NCBI GenBank assembly: GCA_963817385.1
Contig: CAWFOM010000005.1
Span: forward strand, 160,001-224,000
DNA: 64,000 nucleotides
Origin: an uncultured delta proteobacterium
GTDB taxonomy: Bacteria; Desulfobacterota; Syntrophia; Syntrophales; UBA5619
Reading direction: 5' to 3'
Part shown: in pieces, positions 40,767 through 49,486 of the stretch
Numbering within the stretch: position 1 is the stretch's first letter
How the letters are laid out: every line of letters starts with the position of its first letter
Program-made: the position numbers and the translations under genes
Notes under the pieces: model-generated
The model's database searches: none
The model's input: the letters and a program-made list of their open reading frames with translations, nothing else
Told to the model about the DNA's origin: nothing

Positions 40767-42476
40767 TGATTGCTCACGATATCCTCATCGTCGGCGGCGG
40801 TTTGACAGGGCTTCGGGCGGCCGTCGGCCTGTGCGACCGGTTCAACGTGGGGCTGATCTGCCAAGGTCTACCCGACCCGATCCCACTCCATTGCGGCGCA
40901 GGGAGGCCTCAACGCGGCCCTTACCAACAACCCCGAGAGCCGGGACGATTCCTGGGAAAAACACACCTTCGACACCGTTAAAGGGAGCGATTATCTTGCC
41001 GACCAGGATGCCGTGGAGATCATGTGCAAAGAGGGCATCAAGATCGTCTACGAGATGGAACATTGGGGATGCCCGTTCAGCCGGTTTCCCGACGGCTCCA
41101 TCGCCCAGCGCCCCTTCGGCGGCGCCGGCTATCCCCGGACCTGCTACTCCGCGGATATCACCGGCCATGTGCTCCTCAACACCCTCTATGAGCGGGCCGT
41201 GGCAAAAGGGGTCAAGATCTATCCGGAATGGTTCGTCACCTCGCTGTGCATCGAAGAGGGCCTCTGTCACGGCGTCATCGCGCTGGATATTCAAAAAGGC
41301 ACACTCATCCCGGTCCGGGCAAAGGAGACCTTCTTCGGCACCGGGGGCTACGGGCGGGTCTTCCAGCAATCCACCAACGCCCTGATCAACACGGGCGGCG
41401 GCATCGGGATGGCCTACAAGGCGGGCGTTCCCCTCAAGGACATGGAGTTCGTCCAGTTCCATCCCACCACGCTCATCGGCACCAACATCCTCATGTCGGA
41501 GGCCTGCCGGGGCGAGGGCGCATACCTGGTCAACAACCAGGGGGAGCGCTTCATGCAGCGCTACGTCCCCACCGCGATGGAGCTGGCGCCGCGGGATATC
41601 GTCTCCCGGTGCATCCAGACGGAGATCAATGAGGGGCGCGGATTCGACCACCCCCTGGGGAAGCATGTCCATCTCGACCTGCGGCACCTGGGGGCACAGA
41701 AGATCCTGGAGCGGCTTCCCGGCATCCGGAACATCAGCATCGATTTTCTCGGAATCGATCCCATCACCGACCCGATCCCCATCCAGCCCGGCCAGCACTA
41801 CTCCATGGGGGGCATCGACGTCAACGCGCGGTGCGCCTCGGAAGTCCGCGGCTTCTACGCCGGCGGGGAATGCTCCTGCGTCAGCGTCCACGGCGCCAAC
41901 CGCCTGGGCGGCAATTCACTCCTGGAAACCATCGTCTTCGGAAAACTGGCGGCGCAGGCGATCGACGAGGATATGACGACGAGCCCGCTGCCCCTCCCGG
42001 ATGAAAAACCCCTTCTCCGGCTGAAGGACAAAATAGACGCCAAGATCCGGCGGCTGGCGGAGCCCGGCCGTCAGGAGAAGTACTACCGGATCCACGCGGA
42101 GCTGGGCGCCACGATGACCGAAAAGGTGGGGGTCTTCCGGACCCGCACGGAGCTGGATGAGGCGCTGCAGGTCCTCATCGGCCTCAAGGAGCGTTACCGG
42201 AAGGTCGGCATCTCCTCGGCGGTCCGGTACATGAATTACGAACTGATCAATGCCCTGGAGCAGGAGTATATGCTGGAAGTGGCCCATACGATCATCCTGG
42301 GGGCCATCCTTCGGGAGGAGAGCCGTGGCGCCCACTTCCGGCTGGATTTCAAAACCCGGAACGACCAGGACTGGCTGAAGCACACCATTGCCCGGATCGG
42401 CCCCGACGGTGAACCGGCGATCTCTTTCAAGGAGGTGACGATGACCCGGTATACGCCCATGGAGAGAAAATATTGA
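40766..42476 (+). CDS. sdhA: Succinate dehydrogenase/fumarate reductase flavoprotein (frameshift near 40860)
   Basis: [49 protein letters not shown]. Confidence 0.93.
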
Positions 42477-42600
42477 TGACTTCGGAAAAAGCCCATAGGC
42501 CGCGTTGCGCTTCCCCCCTCGTCGTTGCGGCGTACGAAGCAGTACGCCTCACTCCTCAGGGGTCGCGCGCCTTGCCTCCAGGTCTTTTTGCGAAGCCATC
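42475..42600. mobile_element. MITE-like palindromic element between sdhA and sdhB
   Basis: 17-bp terminal IRs GATGACTTCGGAAAAAG / CTTTTTGCGAAGCCATC (15/17) with internal GGCGTAC..GTACGCC hairpin. Confidence 0.75.
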
Positions 42601-42645
42601 TGCCGCTGCCGGCTGTCTTGCGAAATTATTGGGGAGGCAGGAATA

Positions 42646-43389
42646 TTGATCAAGGCGAGTGCATACACCTTCAAGATTCTCCGGTATGACGCGCAGGACC
42701 CGGGAAGCGAACCCCGTTTTGCGACCTACCGGATCAGTGTCATCCCGGGACTCACGGTGTTGGCGGTCCTGAACCGGATCCGCGATGAGATCGACGGGAC
42801 GCTCGCTTTCAGGTCCTCCTGCCGGTCCGCCGTCTGCGGCTCCTGCGGTATGGTGATCAACGGGAAGATCGATCTCGCCTGCCGGACCCAGGTCGCCGCC
42901 TTCGGTACCGATACGATCATCCTGGAACCCCTGCCCAATCTCGAGGTGATCCGGGACCTGGTCGTCGACCTGACGCCGTTCTGGCGGATGTACGAGAAGA
43001 TCCAGCCCTATCTGATCCGGAAGAGCCCCGCCCCCGAAAAGGAGATCCTCCAGAGCGAGGCGGAGCGTCAGCGGATCGACCAGTTCGTCAACTGTATCCT
43101 CTGCGCCTGCTGCTACGGCGCCTGTCCGGTCCTCGCGAGAGAACCGGACTATGTGGGCCCGGCAGCGGCGGCCAAGCTGGAGCGGTTCGTCCTGGATTCG
43201 CGGGATGAGCGGTCCGGCGAAGCCCTGGGGATCGTCAACGATGAGAGGGGCGTCTGGGCCTGCGACACGGTATTTCGCTGCATCGACGCCTGCCCGAAGG
43301 ATGTGCGGCCCACCGATGCCATCGTGGGTCTTCGGAAAGCGATCGTGAAAAACCGTTTTCAAAAGATGCTGGGGAAAAGCGAACCATGA
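42646..43389 (+). CDS. sdhB: Succinate dehydrogenase/fumarate reductase Fe-S subunit
   Basis: SCRSAVCGSC..LAC, CILCACCYGACP, CDTVFRCIDACP; TTG start after GGAGG. Confidence 0.92.
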   Translation: MIKASAYTFKILRYDAQDPGSEPRFATYRISVIPGLTVLAVLNRIRDEIDGTLAFRSSCRSAVCGSCGMVINGKIDLACRTQVAAFGTDTIILEPLPNLEVIRDLVVDLTPFWRMYEKIQPYLIRKSPAPEKEILQSEAERQRIDQFVNCILCACCYGACPVLAREPDYVGPAAAAKLERFVLDSRDERSGEALGIVNDERGVWACDTVFRCIDACPKDVRPTDAIVGLRKAIVKNRFQKMLGKSEP

Positions 43390-43856
43390 AACTTGACTAT
43401 TCCCTCATCACGAGGAGGACCTTTCTCAATACGCTCTTCGGCGGCTGGCTCGTCGCCTTCTTCTCCGGGACGATCTTCGCCCTGATGCGATTCGCCTTCC
43501 CCACCCTGGGCAAGGAGCCGGACTTCGTCGTCCTCAACCGGAGCGATTTTCTGGATCTGAAGAACAATTCGATCAAACGATTCCCCTGGGGCGGTACGGT
43601 CGGGTTCTATTTCAAAAAGGCCGACGGCAGCATCCTGGCGCTCAAGGGCGTCTGCAGCCACATGGAATGCAACGTGGACTACAAACCGGCGGAGAAAAAG
43701 TTTTACTGCCCCTGCCATCAGGGATGGTTCGACGAAAACGGCAAGAACATCGCCGGGCCGCCCCCCAAACCACTCGAGATCTTCGTGATCACGGAGGAGG
43801 GTGAAAAGCTGATCATCGCCAGGAAGGGGGTCAAGGTTGAACTGCCCAAGGCTTAA
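43386..43856 (+). CDS. Rieske 2Fe-2S subunit with Tat anchor
   Basis: TRRTFL, CSHMEC, CPCHQGWF, GPPPKPL. Confidence 0.92.
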   Translation: MKLDYSLITRRTFLNTLFGGWLVAFFSGTIFALMRFAFPTLGKEPDFVVLNRSDFLDLKNNSIKRFPWGGTVGFYFKKADGSILALKGVCSHMECNVDYKPAEKKFYCPCHQGWFDENGKNIAGPPPKPLEIFVITEEGEKLIIARKGVKVELPKA

Positions 43857-44901
43857 AGACTGGCTCGAAGAGCGCTACGATCTGGAAGGGATGAAGAAGC
43901 TGGCGAAGAGCAAGCTCGTCCCGGAACACCGCTACGACCTCTGGTACTACACCGGCGGGATCACGCTCTTTCTGTTCATCGTCCAGTTTATCACGGGGAT
44001 GCTGATGGCCCTGTACTATGTCCCCCATATCGATTTTGCCTACAAGAGCATCATCGAGATCGTCACCAAACTGAACATGGGCTGGTTCTTCCGCTCCCTC
44101 CATCACTGGGGGGCGCAGCTCGCCATCGTCTTTCTGTTCATCCACCTCTTCGGTACGCTGCTCTTGAAGTCCTACCGCAAGCCGCGGGAGTTCGTTTGGA
44201 TTACGGGATTCATCCTCCTGGGCATCTCGATCTTCTTCGGGCTGAGCGGCTACCTGCTTCTCTGGGATGAGCGCGCCTTTGCCGCCGTCCGGGTGGCGAC
44301 GGGCGGGGCCGGCGCCTTTCCGGTTATCGGGTGGTTCATCAAGGCCTTTCTCCGGGGGAGCATGGATGTGACCGGCGACACCCTCCTGCGCTTCTACGCC
44401 TTCCATGTGGCCATACTGCCGATCATCACCCTGGGCCTGATCGGGCTGCACATTCTGCTGGTGCAGTATCACGGGATGAGCCTCCCCCTTTCCCTGCAGA
44501 AGGAGAAACGGCGGGAAATCCCCTTTTTCCCGAATGCCTTTTACCGGGATCTGGCGATCTGGCTGGTCGTCACGGGGGTTCTCGTGACCCTCACGGTGTA
44601 CTTGCCGCCGGAGATCGGCGTGAAGGCCGATCCCCTCGCCCCCCCGCCGGAAAACGTCAAGCCCGAATGGTATTTTCTCTTCCTGATGCAGACCCTGAAG
44701 CTCTTCCCCGGCTCCATCCTGGGGATGAACGGGGAGACCATCGCCATCGTGATCGTCTCCGCTGCGATCTTCTTTTTCTTTCTCATCCCCTTTTTCGACC
44801 TAAAATCATCCCGGGGCGAGAAGAGCCCGCTCTTCACCTGGATCGGCGTGATCTATCTTCTCTACTTCCTCACGATGACGGCGGTGGGTTTTCTGAGTTA
44901 A
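43837..44901 (+). CDS. Cytochrome b of Rieske/cytb complex (b6 + subunit IV fused)
   Basis: RSLHHW..IH and FH..LH heme ligands, PEWYFL Qo motif. Confidence 0.93.
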   Translation: MNCPRLKDWLEERYDLEGMKKLAKSKLVPEHRYDLWYYTGGITLFLFIVQFITGMLMALYYVPHIDFAYKSIIEIVTKLNMGWFFRSLHHWGAQLAIVFLFIHLFGTLLLKSYRKPREFVWITGFILLGISIFFGLSGYLLLWDERAFAAVRVATGGAGAFPVIGWFIKAFLRGSMDVTGDTLLRFYAFHVAILPIITLGLIGLHILLVQYHGMSLPLSLQKEKRREIPFFPNAFYRDLAIWLVVTGVLVTLTVYLPPEIGVKADPLAPPPENVKPEWYFLFLMQTLKLFPGSILGMNGETIAIVIVSAAIFFFFLIPFFDLKSSRGEKSPLFTWIGVIYLLYFLTMTAVGFLS

Positions 44902-44910
44902 GGAGCTTCT

Positions 44911-45237
44911 ATGCGAGGGATCAGTATCGTCAGAGCGTTTCTCAGCCGGTTTTCTTTTACTCGGTCCGCGCGGCTGATGACGGCGGCGGTCCCGGCATTC
45001 CTGATGAACCCCGCCGTCTCCCCGGCAGCGGAAAAAGTGGCCGAAAAGGTGGCGGAAAAGATCGCCGTCTTTCCCACGGCACCCTACTACCAGTACATCG
45101 CTTATGAATGCCTGGCCGTCTTCTGGATCGCGATCCTCGGCCTGCTCGTCATCATCCGTATGAAACTTCGGGAAATCGAACGTATCCAGGCACTGGGCGT
45201 GGAGCGGGATGACCAGGACGCCCCCTTGCTGCAGTAA
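44911..45237 (+). CDS. Small membrane protein, CcmD-like C-terminal TM
   Basis: AGGAG RBS; YIAYECLAVFWIAILGLLVIIRMKLREIER TM plus charged tail. Confidence 0.5.
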   Translation: MRGISIVRAFLSRFSFTRSARLMTAAVPAFLMNPAVSPAAEKVAEKVAEKIAVFPTAPYYQYIAYECLAVFWIAILGLLVIIRMKLREIERIQALGVERDDQDAPLLQ

Positions 45238-45358
45238 GCTCCGGGATCCTCATCACATCCCCCGAACCTCAGAGCAGCCCGTTGTCCGCTGCATCGCGTG
45301 GTCTATCCCTCTTTTTTCACAATGCAGGTGGGAGGTGTTCGGAGTTACGGTGGGCCGC

Positions 45359-45931
45359 TCAATACCATCCCATCAATCGGGAACGCAGATATTTCCGGGC
45401 GTCCTTATTGCCCATTTGAGCGGACACCTTGATGTTATCGGTGCCTTTGTAACCCTCTCCGGGCATGCCCCTCTGGATAAGGCCGAGAAAGAAACGGGCT
45501 TCCACATGCTTTGGGTCCATAGCGACAACGTCGCTAAAATCCATCACGGCCAGATGGTATTCTTCCTCTCTTGCGAAGGCGATACCGCGATTGAAGCGAA
45601 ACATCGCCTCATCGGGGTCGATGCCGATCGCCCGATTGTAATCCTGGATCGCCAAGCGGTAGTTTCCCAATTCGCTATAGGCGACACCCCTGTTGTTATA
45701 CGCATGCGCGGAGTTGGGGGTCAGCTCGATAACCCGGCTGAAGGCCTCGACAGCCTTACGATAGTTGCCTATTTCTCCCATAAAACGTCCGCGGTCGAAC
45801 CATTCCTGGGCGCTCAGCGCCGCATCCCGGCCTGCCGCCGAAGCAGGACAGATCGGTAAGCACAGATACGCAAAGACTAAGGTAAAAAACGAAATCCGGA
45901 TGAGTCTGATACGTAGCGCCAGTGTCTTCAT
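45359..45931 (-). CDS. Exported TPR-repeat protein
   Basis: Signal peptide; AYNNRGVAY, FNRG TPR repeats. Confidence 0.85.
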   Translation of the reverse strand: MKTLALRIRLIRISFFTLVFAYLCLPICPASAAGRDAALSAQEWFDRGRFMGEIGNYRKAVEAFSRVIELTPNSAHAYNNRGVAYSELGNYRLAIQDYNRAIGIDPDEAMFRFNRGIAFAREEEYHLAVMDFSDVVAMDPKHVEARFFLGLIQRGMPGEGYKGTDNIKVSAQMGNKDARKYLRSRLMGWY

Positions 45932-46155
45932 GAATGCCCGCCATGGGAATCCCGGCAGCACGGCATTATGTCCGTCCGGTCGATCGGCCCGGAGATCCGC
46001 CGTACCCTGAGAATACTCATTTATTATCGGCAGAATTTCCGAAATACTTTATCCACCCCCGGTGGTTGTACCGTTAATCAAGGACATTAATAACTCTTGA
46101 CAAACCTGTGGATTCCGATGCAGTCTGAAATACATAGTTAGGATGAGAATCATTC

Positions 46156-46446
46156 ATGACTGCTTCTGCTTCGCTTCATAAAAGGAAAACGCTGCTTCTC
46201 GTTGTCCTTTTTCTCGGTTTTTCCGCTTTCACGGCGGATATCCTGGATCTGCGCGAAGAACTTCACATCCTCTCCTGCCCTTACAGCAGTCTGGACAACA
46301 ACGTCTCGACCGGTTTAACCAATAACCATCCCTTCGTGCCGGAGCAGATTCCCACCCTGTGCTCCGTTCACCTGAAGGGATCGGCTAAAATATCATTTCT
46401 GCATCTATTGCCCTACGGTTACCGCGCGCCTCCCTCATGGTCTTAG
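46156..46446 (+). CDS. Putative RAPP-motif translation-arrest leader protein
   Basis: N-terminal KRK plus hydrophobic segment, two Cys, C-terminal GYRAPPSWS*. Confidence 0.6.
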   Translation: MTASASLHKRKTLLLVVLFLGFSAFTADILDLREELHILSCPYSSLDNNVSTGLTNNHPFVPEQIPTLCSVHLKGSAKISFLHLLPYGYRAPPSWS

Positions 46447-46673
46447 GACCACTCGTTGTTCGGATTCCTTAGCTTCGTTCCAAATCCTTATGACCCACCG
46501 GCGGAAGGATAGCTGACGTATCTTTCGCCCCAGGGAAGAGTTTCCGAACATTTTTTCCGAAACATAATTCCATGATCTGCAGAATGTCTACGACATGCGT
46601 TTGACGTTATTGATGTTTCCATAACATCAGGGATATTTGAAGATTCTCATGATGAAGGGAGGTGAGATACCGA

Positions 46674-46769
46674 ATGGACTCACGATTGATCGGACTAGTC
46701 TTGGTAGCGGCGATGGTGTGTTGGGCTGCCTATAAAGTTTGGCAGATGCGTAAGGATAAGAAGCAATAA
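46674..46769 (+). CDS. 31-aa single-TM micro-protein
   Basis: GGAGGTGA RBS; MDSRLIGLVLVAAMVCWAAYKVWQMRKDKKQ*. Confidence 0.6.
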   Translation: MDSRLIGLVLVAAMVCWAAYKVWQMRKDKKQ

Positions 46770-46832
46770 GGCGATCCGGCCCAGGAATAACCGCTGGGAG
46801 GATTTCCCCTTAAAGGATGGAGGATAAATAAC

Positions 46833-46931
46833 ATGGAGAGCTCATGGTTCGGCGGAATCATCATGCTGGTTATGGTGGTGGGTCTCGGCGTGTGGATATG
46901 GCGGATGATGCGGCAGAGTAAAGAACAATGA
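46833..46931 (+). CDS. 32-aa single-TM micro-protein
   Basis: GGAGG RBS; MESSWFGGIIMLVMVVGLGVWIWRMMRQSKEQ*. Confidence 0.6.
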   Translation: MESSWFGGIIMLVMVVGLGVWIWRMMRQSKEQ

Positions 46932-47056
46932 AGGCTCAAGGGGCGACGGGATATTCCCGTAAGGTTGTATCTCCGTCAGCTCTTCGGATGGTGGAGTTTC
47001 ATTGGAGGTAAAGCCGCGGAGAAAACAGTACCGTTCTCGTCCGGGAGGAAACCATT

Positions 47057-47281
47057 ATGACTGCAAACAAGACCTATAGTCACCATTGTACCAAATGCAA
47101 CAAGGAAACGACGCATGTACCGGCGCGTTCCCTGTCCGTGCGGGTCGCAATCCGCACCTGGAAAATTTTCATCTTCTTTATCAGCGCGGGGATGGTGTAT
47201 CCTCACCCCCTTCCGTCTGATGAGGATGCAGTTGAGATAACCTGTACGAAATGCCTCACGCACAGCACCATCAACGGATAA
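47057..47281 (+). CDS. Small zinc-ribbon protein with central hydrophobic segment
   Basis: GGAGG RBS; CTKC...IFIFFISAGMVY...CTKC. Confidence 0.65.
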   Translation: MTANKTYSHHCTKCNKETTHVPARSLSVRVAIRTWKIFIFFISAGMVYPHPLPSDEDAVEITCTKCLTHSTING

Positions 47282-47674
47282 CATGCCCTCAGCGACAGGC
47301 TGTTTCCGGGAGGTTCCGATCATGACGGCGTTTTCACGAAAGAAGCGCCGTCATGATCTCCCCGGTCGCCAAAAAAAAGGGATGGCCGGATCAGAAGAAC
47401 GGGCAGATAAAGAAGAATCGTCATGCAGCCTGCCTATCCCTTCCAAAGGGGTTGAAGAAACATCCTTCTGCTGTTATAATCACGGATAATCGTTGTCGGC
47501 CTACCGGTGGTTCAGCGGGCGAGTCATGTAATGGCAGCGGGACCTGAAAGAGATTTTATTATCCAGAGAAAGCACCGCCATTCCCGGAATGAAGGGATTC
47601 GGATTCCCGTGCTAAGACATCCGTAACCAAGTCTCGCGTACCGTGGATATTTTTGACGATGAGGTTTCAATTCT

Positions 47675-49465
47675 ATGATCAGTTCCCTTGACTTAGGGTT
47701 GATCGGCAACGGCCGTATCGGGGCTTTGATTAATGACAGCGCCGAGATCGTCTGGAGCTGCCTGCCCCGTTTTGACGGCGATCCGGTTTTCTGCTCCCTG
47801 CTGAAGGAGCATCATGATGGTGAAGACTTCGGTTATTGCACCGTTGAGCTCGTCGATCTGGCTGCATCCGAGCAGTACTACCTCACCAACTCGGCGATTC
47901 TCGTTACGCGGATGACCGACACCCAGGGCGCCGTCGTGGAGGTGACGGACTTTTGCCCCCGCTTTCATCAGTACGGGCGCATGTTCACTCCCATGATGCT
48001 GGTCCGGCAGATCAGGCGGGTGGACGGCGCACCCCGTATCCGCCTGCGGATCAGACCGGCATACGACTATGGCCGCCACCGCTGCCCGGTGACCTGCGGC
48101 AGCCATCACATCCGCTATGTGGCGCCTGATTGGGTTCTGCGGCTGACCACCGATATGTCCCTGACAGCGGTTCTCGAGGAGACGCCGTTCTTTCTGGAAG
48201 ACAAGGCCACGCTGATCTTAGGGTCCGATGAGACCATTCCAGATACCATTAGCGAGCTGTCCCGTCGTTTTCTCGATGAGACGCTGGCCTTTTGGCACGA
48301 GTGGGTGCGGGAGATCGCCATTCCCTTCGATTGGCAGGACGTGGTCATCCGTTCCGCCATCACCTTGAAGCTCAATACCTTCGAGGATACGGGCGCCATT
48401 GTCGCCGCCATGACCACTTCCATACCCGAGGCGCCGGATTCAGTGCGCAATTGGGACTACCGTTACTGCTGGATCCGGGATGCCTATTTTGTGGTCAACG
48501 CCTTGAATCGCCTCAGCACGACCCAGACCATGGAGAAGTATCTGAGTTTCCTCGTCAACGTCGTGGCCGGCGCTCCCAACGGACGTATCCAGCCCGTGTA
48601 CGGCATCGACGGCAGGGCTCGTCTGGACGAACGCGAGGTCGATTCGATTCCCGGGTACCGGGGCATGGGACCGGTGCGGATCGGCAACCAAGCCTATGAG
48701 CAGATTCAGCATGACGTGTACGGATCGGCGATCCTGGCCGTCGCCCACGTCTTTTTCGACCGCCGTCTGGTACGCCGGGGGGACGAGGCGCTTTTTCGAA
48801 GACTGGAATCCTTGGGGGAAACGGCCGTCGCCGTCCACGATCAGCCGGACGCCGGGCTGTGGGAGCTCAGAGGGAGACTGCGCGTCCACACCTTCTCCGC
48901 CGTGATGTGCTGGGCAGCCTGTGATCGTCTGGCAAAGATCGCAGCGAAGCTGGGCCTTAGGGAACGTTCCGTCTACTGGCGCGACCGGGCGGATCGTATC
49001 CACACCGTCATCTGCAAGCGGGCCTGGAACGAGAAGAAACGGGCCTTTGTTGCCGTCTTTGAGGGAGATGCGCTTGATGCGAGCGTGCTGTTGTTGCACG
49101 ATATCGGATTCCTTGAGGCCGGCGATCCCCGATTTTCCATGACGGTGGCGGCGATCGAACGGGAGCTCAAACGTGGCGATTACGTCTACCGCTATATCGA
49201 GGCCGACGACTTCGGCGTGCCGGAGAATGCCTTCGTGGTCTGCACCTTCTGGTACATGTACGCCCTGGCGGCGCTCGGGCGCATGGATGAAGCCCGGAAT
49301 CTATTCGAAAATCTGATTGCCAGATGCAACCGCCACGGACTTCTTGCCGAACATATCAATCCCCGAACGGGTGAACAGTGGGGCAACTTCGTTCAGACCT
49401 ACAGCATGGTGGGACTGATCAACTCGGCCATCCGGCTCAGCAGGCGCTGGGACAGGGCGTTCTGA
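47675..49465 (+). CDS. Glycoside hydrolase family 15 (trehalase-like)
   Basis: LPRFD, TTSIPE, RNWDYRYCWIRD, GLWE, GLLAE, GNF. Confidence 0.93.
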   Translation: MISSLDLGLIGNGRIGALINDSAEIVWSCLPRFDGDPVFCSLLKEHHDGEDFGYCTVELVDLAASEQYYLTNSAILVTRMTDTQGAVVEVTDFCPRFHQYGRMFTPMMLVRQIRRVDGAPRIRLRIRPAYDYGRHRCPVTCGSHHIRYVAPDWVLRLTTDMSLTAVLEETPFFLEDKATLILGSDETIPDTISELSRRFLDETLAFWHEWVREIAIPFDWQDVVIRSAITLKLNTFEDTGAIVAAMTTSIPEAPDSVRNWDYRYCWIRDAYFVVNALNRLSTTQTMEKYLSFLVNVVAGAPNGRIQPVYGIDGRARLDEREVDSIPGYRGMGPVRIGNQAYEQIQHDVYGSAILAVAHVFFDRRLVRRGDEALFRRLESLGETAVAVHDQPDAGLWELRGRLRVHTFSAVMCWAACDRLAKIAAKLGLRERSVYWRDRADRIHTVICKRAWNEKKRAFVAVFEGDALDASVLLLHDIGFLEAGDPRFSMTVAAIERELKRGDYVYRYIEADDFGVPENAFVVCTFWYMYALAALGRMDEARNLFENLIARCNRHGLLAEHINPRTGEQWGNFVQTYSMVGLINSAIRLSRRWDRAF

Positions 49466-49486
49466 CGGATAGGATGTGAGGATGTC

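Noticed and set aside
42505..42645. N-terminal extension of sdhB
   Set aside because: Derived from the MITE-like element; RBS plus TTG at 42646 fits better
45028..45063. Three 12-bp tandem units encoding AEKV/AEKI
   Set aside because: Short linker repeat with synonymous variation; no sign of phase variation
47283..47547. Short plus-strand ORFs after the zinc ribbon gene
   Set aside because: No convincing RBS or protein-like features
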